From Cetorhinus maximus (taxonomy: Eukaryota), in assembly GCF_964194155.1 (NCBI RefSeq), contig NC_135898.1, positions 21,576,001-21,640,000 on the forward strand: a DNA stretch of 64,000 bases, read 5' to 3'. The notes beneath the pieces are model-generated. The model saw only the letters and a list, made by a program, of their open reading frames with translations, searched no databases and was not told the origin of the DNA. Positions 59,921 to 64,000 of this stretch are shown piece by piece (the stretch's first letter is position 1; each line of letters opens with the position of its first letter). The position numbers were made by a program, and so were the translations under genes.

Positions 59921-62900
59921 CTGTAAAATAACCAGAGCCCTATTATTTGAAACTGATTTAGAACCCAACTATGGTGTACTTTCCTTTCCCCAATTATTGC
60001 CATTTGTGTGGACTGTTTGGTATAAAATGTTTCTTAGGCAATTTGTTAACTCAAAAATAATTTTGCAAATACACTTTCAAAAAAATCTACTGCTAGGATG
60101 AATAAAGTGCTGTTTTTACCTTCAGGTGTGAATGCTTTGGTAACATCTATGACATGCTTCTGTACAAAAAGGATTTGGAGTCCACGTTTAACGTGAGATT
60201 ACCATGCAACCGCACGTGAAAATGCCAATTCTGTGTGGATCAAGAGTAGAGTACACAAACTGTCTGTGAGCACGTGCTGTTTAATCTGGTACGAGTACTG
60301 TGTCTTCACTGCTCCAATCACTTCAAACCCACTGTTTGAAACATCCACCTTGAAGGCAGCAAATACCTGGCTTGTTTTTGATGGCACACAGATTGGATTT
60401 TATCCAAATCTCCAAAAAGAACGACAATAGTACCATCGAGCGCACACATCTTTTGAAGAAGTTGTGAAGCAGCAACCATGTTGCAATATGTGCGATTCTG
60501 TACATTTTATCCATAAAATGCCTCAACTTGAGAAAACAACAAAGGATTCAATATATTTTTTCATCAATTTCCAATGCCGTACGGTCCCCAGGCAAGAGGT
60601 GGTGCCTGGTCTGCAACGCCCCTTATCCAACTCGCAAGGGGCACGTGCCTGGAAAATTTCCAATCCAATCAGAAAATAGCTCACTTCCATTTGACATCCA
60701 CCAATCAACCTGACACACTGTCTGAGATTGTTAGCAGCAAGTCACACTGTACATTCCACTGCCACAAACTGGATTTGAAGCACTGAAGAAAACTGCCTGA
60801 AGCTCTGCACTGGCAGTCACAAATCATGATTTAATTACCCTCATTTCACCACGTGGTGCTCACTTCCTTTGTTCTGATTGCGATGCTGCACAACAGGCAG
60901 AAGCTCAGCTTTCTTTCGAAAACAGGCTGGGCAAAACTCAAGATTGCGTTCTAACCTGATGCCCTGCATGATAATCTATTATCATCTACAGCTAACACTA
61001 AAAAGCCAGTAAGGAAGACGTTAAACCTAACCGACAGCAACTTTGGCTGCTGCAAGAATATGATTTGCTTCTGGATCACGTCCACGTAGGTTAACAAGCT
61101 AAATAAAATCCATAACACGCCTCAAGCTGAAGTGGATGAAAATTTGATGTGATAAAACTCTTGCCTTGAAGCTAAGATTGCAATGCTGTTCTAGAAGTTA
61201 ATATCCTAGTAATAAGAATTCAATAACCTGTACGTTTCACACGGAACAGATGGACAGCATTCTACAAGCACACAGACTGTAGTTCAGGACAGCGAGAGGA
61301 ATGCATTAAAATTCCTTGAGCCCTGCGAGTATTGGAAGGTGATTTCAACCATCAAAAAAACACCTTCTGTGAGAACACCTTCAAAATATTCAATATAAAC
61401 ATACACATTTTTTCATCGCTTCTGTCTTCCCTAGATAAAGCAGAGTTAGTTTAATATTTCAAGTTAAGATAAGCTTTGTGAGGGAACTAGAAAATTATTG
61501 CTCTCTTCCCCAGACAAATCTACACAAGATGCCAATTTTCACAGCCTGAACAAGCTGCAACAGGTTTCTTCTACTCCTCACAGATTTAAGATGTTCTCCT
61601 GTTTATGTATAGTGAACACAAAAGGTTGCAGATTCAATTCTGCACAGCACTCAGAAGCAGAGGTACCCCCGCAGAGATTTAACTACTCAAAATCGCTTGT
61701 GTATCTGAATGAAATGCAACTGAACAGTATGCAAATGAGCCAGCTACAATTGTGGCTTCTGATGATGTAACACATTTGATACTCAGTTTCAATGGGTGAC
61801 CGAATGCTATCATTGTGATAAATGAGGTTAACAATATGAATTATTGACAAGGATATATGGTACAAAGTTTTGAATCCACTCATTACAAGCTTTCAAAAAA
61901 AAATTTAACAATGAGACAGGATTTCCTTGTTAAACGTGAAACTCCTGTACAACAGGTCCCTGCTAAAACAGGTGAATCGGAACAGGATAAAAAAATTATG
62001 TAGATGCTATAGCTATCAGATACAGCTTTTAACAACTTATATTTATATCGCTCCTTTAGCATAATAAAACTTCCCAAGGCATGTCACAGGAGTAAAATAA
62101 AACAAAACATGACACCGAGCCACAGAATGAGAAATTAGATCACAAGACCAAAAGCTTGATTTTCCATAGCTAAAGTGCCAGTTGCCAAAAAGAAAGCCGA
62201 GAAGCGTTCAGAATTGGAAAAAAAAATGCAGCAGCAATGCAGTATCAGAAGGCATTCATCAAAGTGACAAAAAGGAGGATAATTCCATGGACTTCCATCT
62301 TAAGGAAGGGAAAAATCAGCAGTATGGATACAAAATTGGGTTGGCAACAGGAAGCAACAGGTGGTGGTGTTGGATGGATGTTTTCCAGATTGGGTGATGT
62401 TACCCAATTTTGCACTTTTTATAAATGACCTACACTTGGGTGTAAGGAGCAGGTAATTCTGTTTTTGTTTTGGATTTCCAGCATCCGCAGTAGTTTTTTG
62501 TTTATAGCATTATAAAGCTTATGGATAAGGATAGTTATGCATTTCAGAGTGACAGACAGGATGGTAAAATGGGCAGAAGTATGGCAGATGAAGTTCAATA
62601 AGGATAAGTGTGAAGTGATTCATTTTGGGAGGACTAATATGGACAGACAGCTTACTTTAAATGACCCAATTTTGACAACTGTTGATGAGCAGGGAGACCT
62701 TGGTGTCCATATATACAAATTCTTCAAAAGTAGCACAGCAAATTTTTCATTCATTCACGGGATGTGGGCACGGCTGGCGAGGTTAGCATTTATTGCTCAT
62801 CCCTAAATACCCTTCAGAAGTTGGTGGAATGCGGTCTCGTGAATTGCTGCAGCCCGTGTAGCGAGAGTACATCCACAATGCTGCTAGAGAGGGGGTTCCA

Positions 62901-64000
62901 GCAATAGTGAGGGAATGGTAATCAGTTTCAAAGTCAGGATAGTGAGTGACTTGGTGCAGAACTTGCATGTGGTCTTCCCACATACCTGCTGCCCTTGTCC
63001 TTCTAGGCAGTAGAGGTAGAAAAAACAAAAGTGATATGAAGAGAAACTATTTTTTATAGCTAGTGATTAGGGTTTGGAATGCATTGCCTGAAAGTGTGGT
63101 GGAGTAAGGTTCAATTGAAGCACTCGAAAGGCAACTAGGCTTATCTGAAAAAGAAGAATGTGCAGGGTTACAGGGAGAAGGCGGAAGAACGGCACTTCGT
63201 GAATTGCTCATTCGGAGAGCTGGTGCAGACAAGATGGGCCGAACAGTCGTCTTCTGCGCCGTAACGATTCTGTGATTCTATGAGGTCGCTGGTTTGGGAG
63301 GTGCCATTGAAGGAACCCTGGCAAATTGCTGCAATGCAGCTTGTAGATAGCAGAAATGGCACGCTGGTGGAGGGATTGAATGTTTATGGTGGTGGGATTG
63401 AATGTTTATGGTTGTGGGAGGAGTGCAGGCTAGCTGCTATGTCCTGGATGGTATTGAGCTTCAGTGTTATTGGAGCAGCACTCATCCAAGCAAGTGGAGA
63501 GCATTCCATCGTACTCCTAACTTATGCCTTATAGATGCTTAACAGGCTTTAGCAAGTTAGATCGTAAGCTACTCACCACAAATAGGAGGCCTCTGATCTG
63601 TTCTTGAAGTCACAGTATTTATAAGAATATAAGAAATAGGAGTAAGAGTCTGCTCAGTCATTTAATAAGAAAATGGCTGACCTGGTCTTGGCCTCAACTA
63701 CACTTTCCTGCCTGTTCACCATAACCCTCAACTCCCCTATAGTTCAAGAATCTGAATCAGCCTTGAATATATTCAATGACCCAGACTACACTGCTCTCTA
63801 GTGAAATCCAAAGATTCACAACCCTCAGAGATGAAATTCCTCCTCATCTCAGTATTAAATGGAAGACCCCTTATTCTGAAACTATGCCCCCCTCCCAGTT
63901 CTAGGTCTTCCCAACAAAGAAATATCCTCTCAGCATCTACACTGCCAAGTCCCCTCATCATTTTTTTAGGTGACGAAAAGATCATATTCTTCTAAATTCC

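Noticed and set aside
60900-64000. Upstream TIA1 exon (HFHVFVGDLSPEIT...)
   Set aside because: Not found on manual reading; the region is intronic with LINE/SINE fragments, so the exon probably lies beyond the window.

Overview
Eukaryotic genomic DNA, almost certainly from a cartilaginous fish (shark/ray-type CR1/L2 LINEs, tRNA-derived SINEs, Penelope-derived repeats). Four intron-containing genes lie in tandem on the minus strand. From the window end they are: the 3' part of TIA1 (exons for the end of RRM2, RRM3 and the prion-like domain, plus a long repeat-free 3'UTR); a complete C2orf42 orthologue (7 coding exons, 545 aa); a complete ANKRD39 (4 coding exons, 188 aa); and the first two exons of a divergent type-1 ferlin (C2A domain, FER1L5-like) missed by the ORF track. 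The ferlin's second intron has a GC donor and contains a 2.85-kb 33-bp minisatellite. Main second-look items: the ferlin and its ~27-bp-periodic E-box/CLEAR array; a TIA1 poison exon plus an in-frame 66-nt cassette exon; minimal hammerhead-ribozyme-like motifs in palindromic Penelope-type repeats; and a pre-miRNA-like hairpin in a TIA1 intron. Homology calls rest on recalled human sequences, with no database search run, and TE boundaries are approximate.
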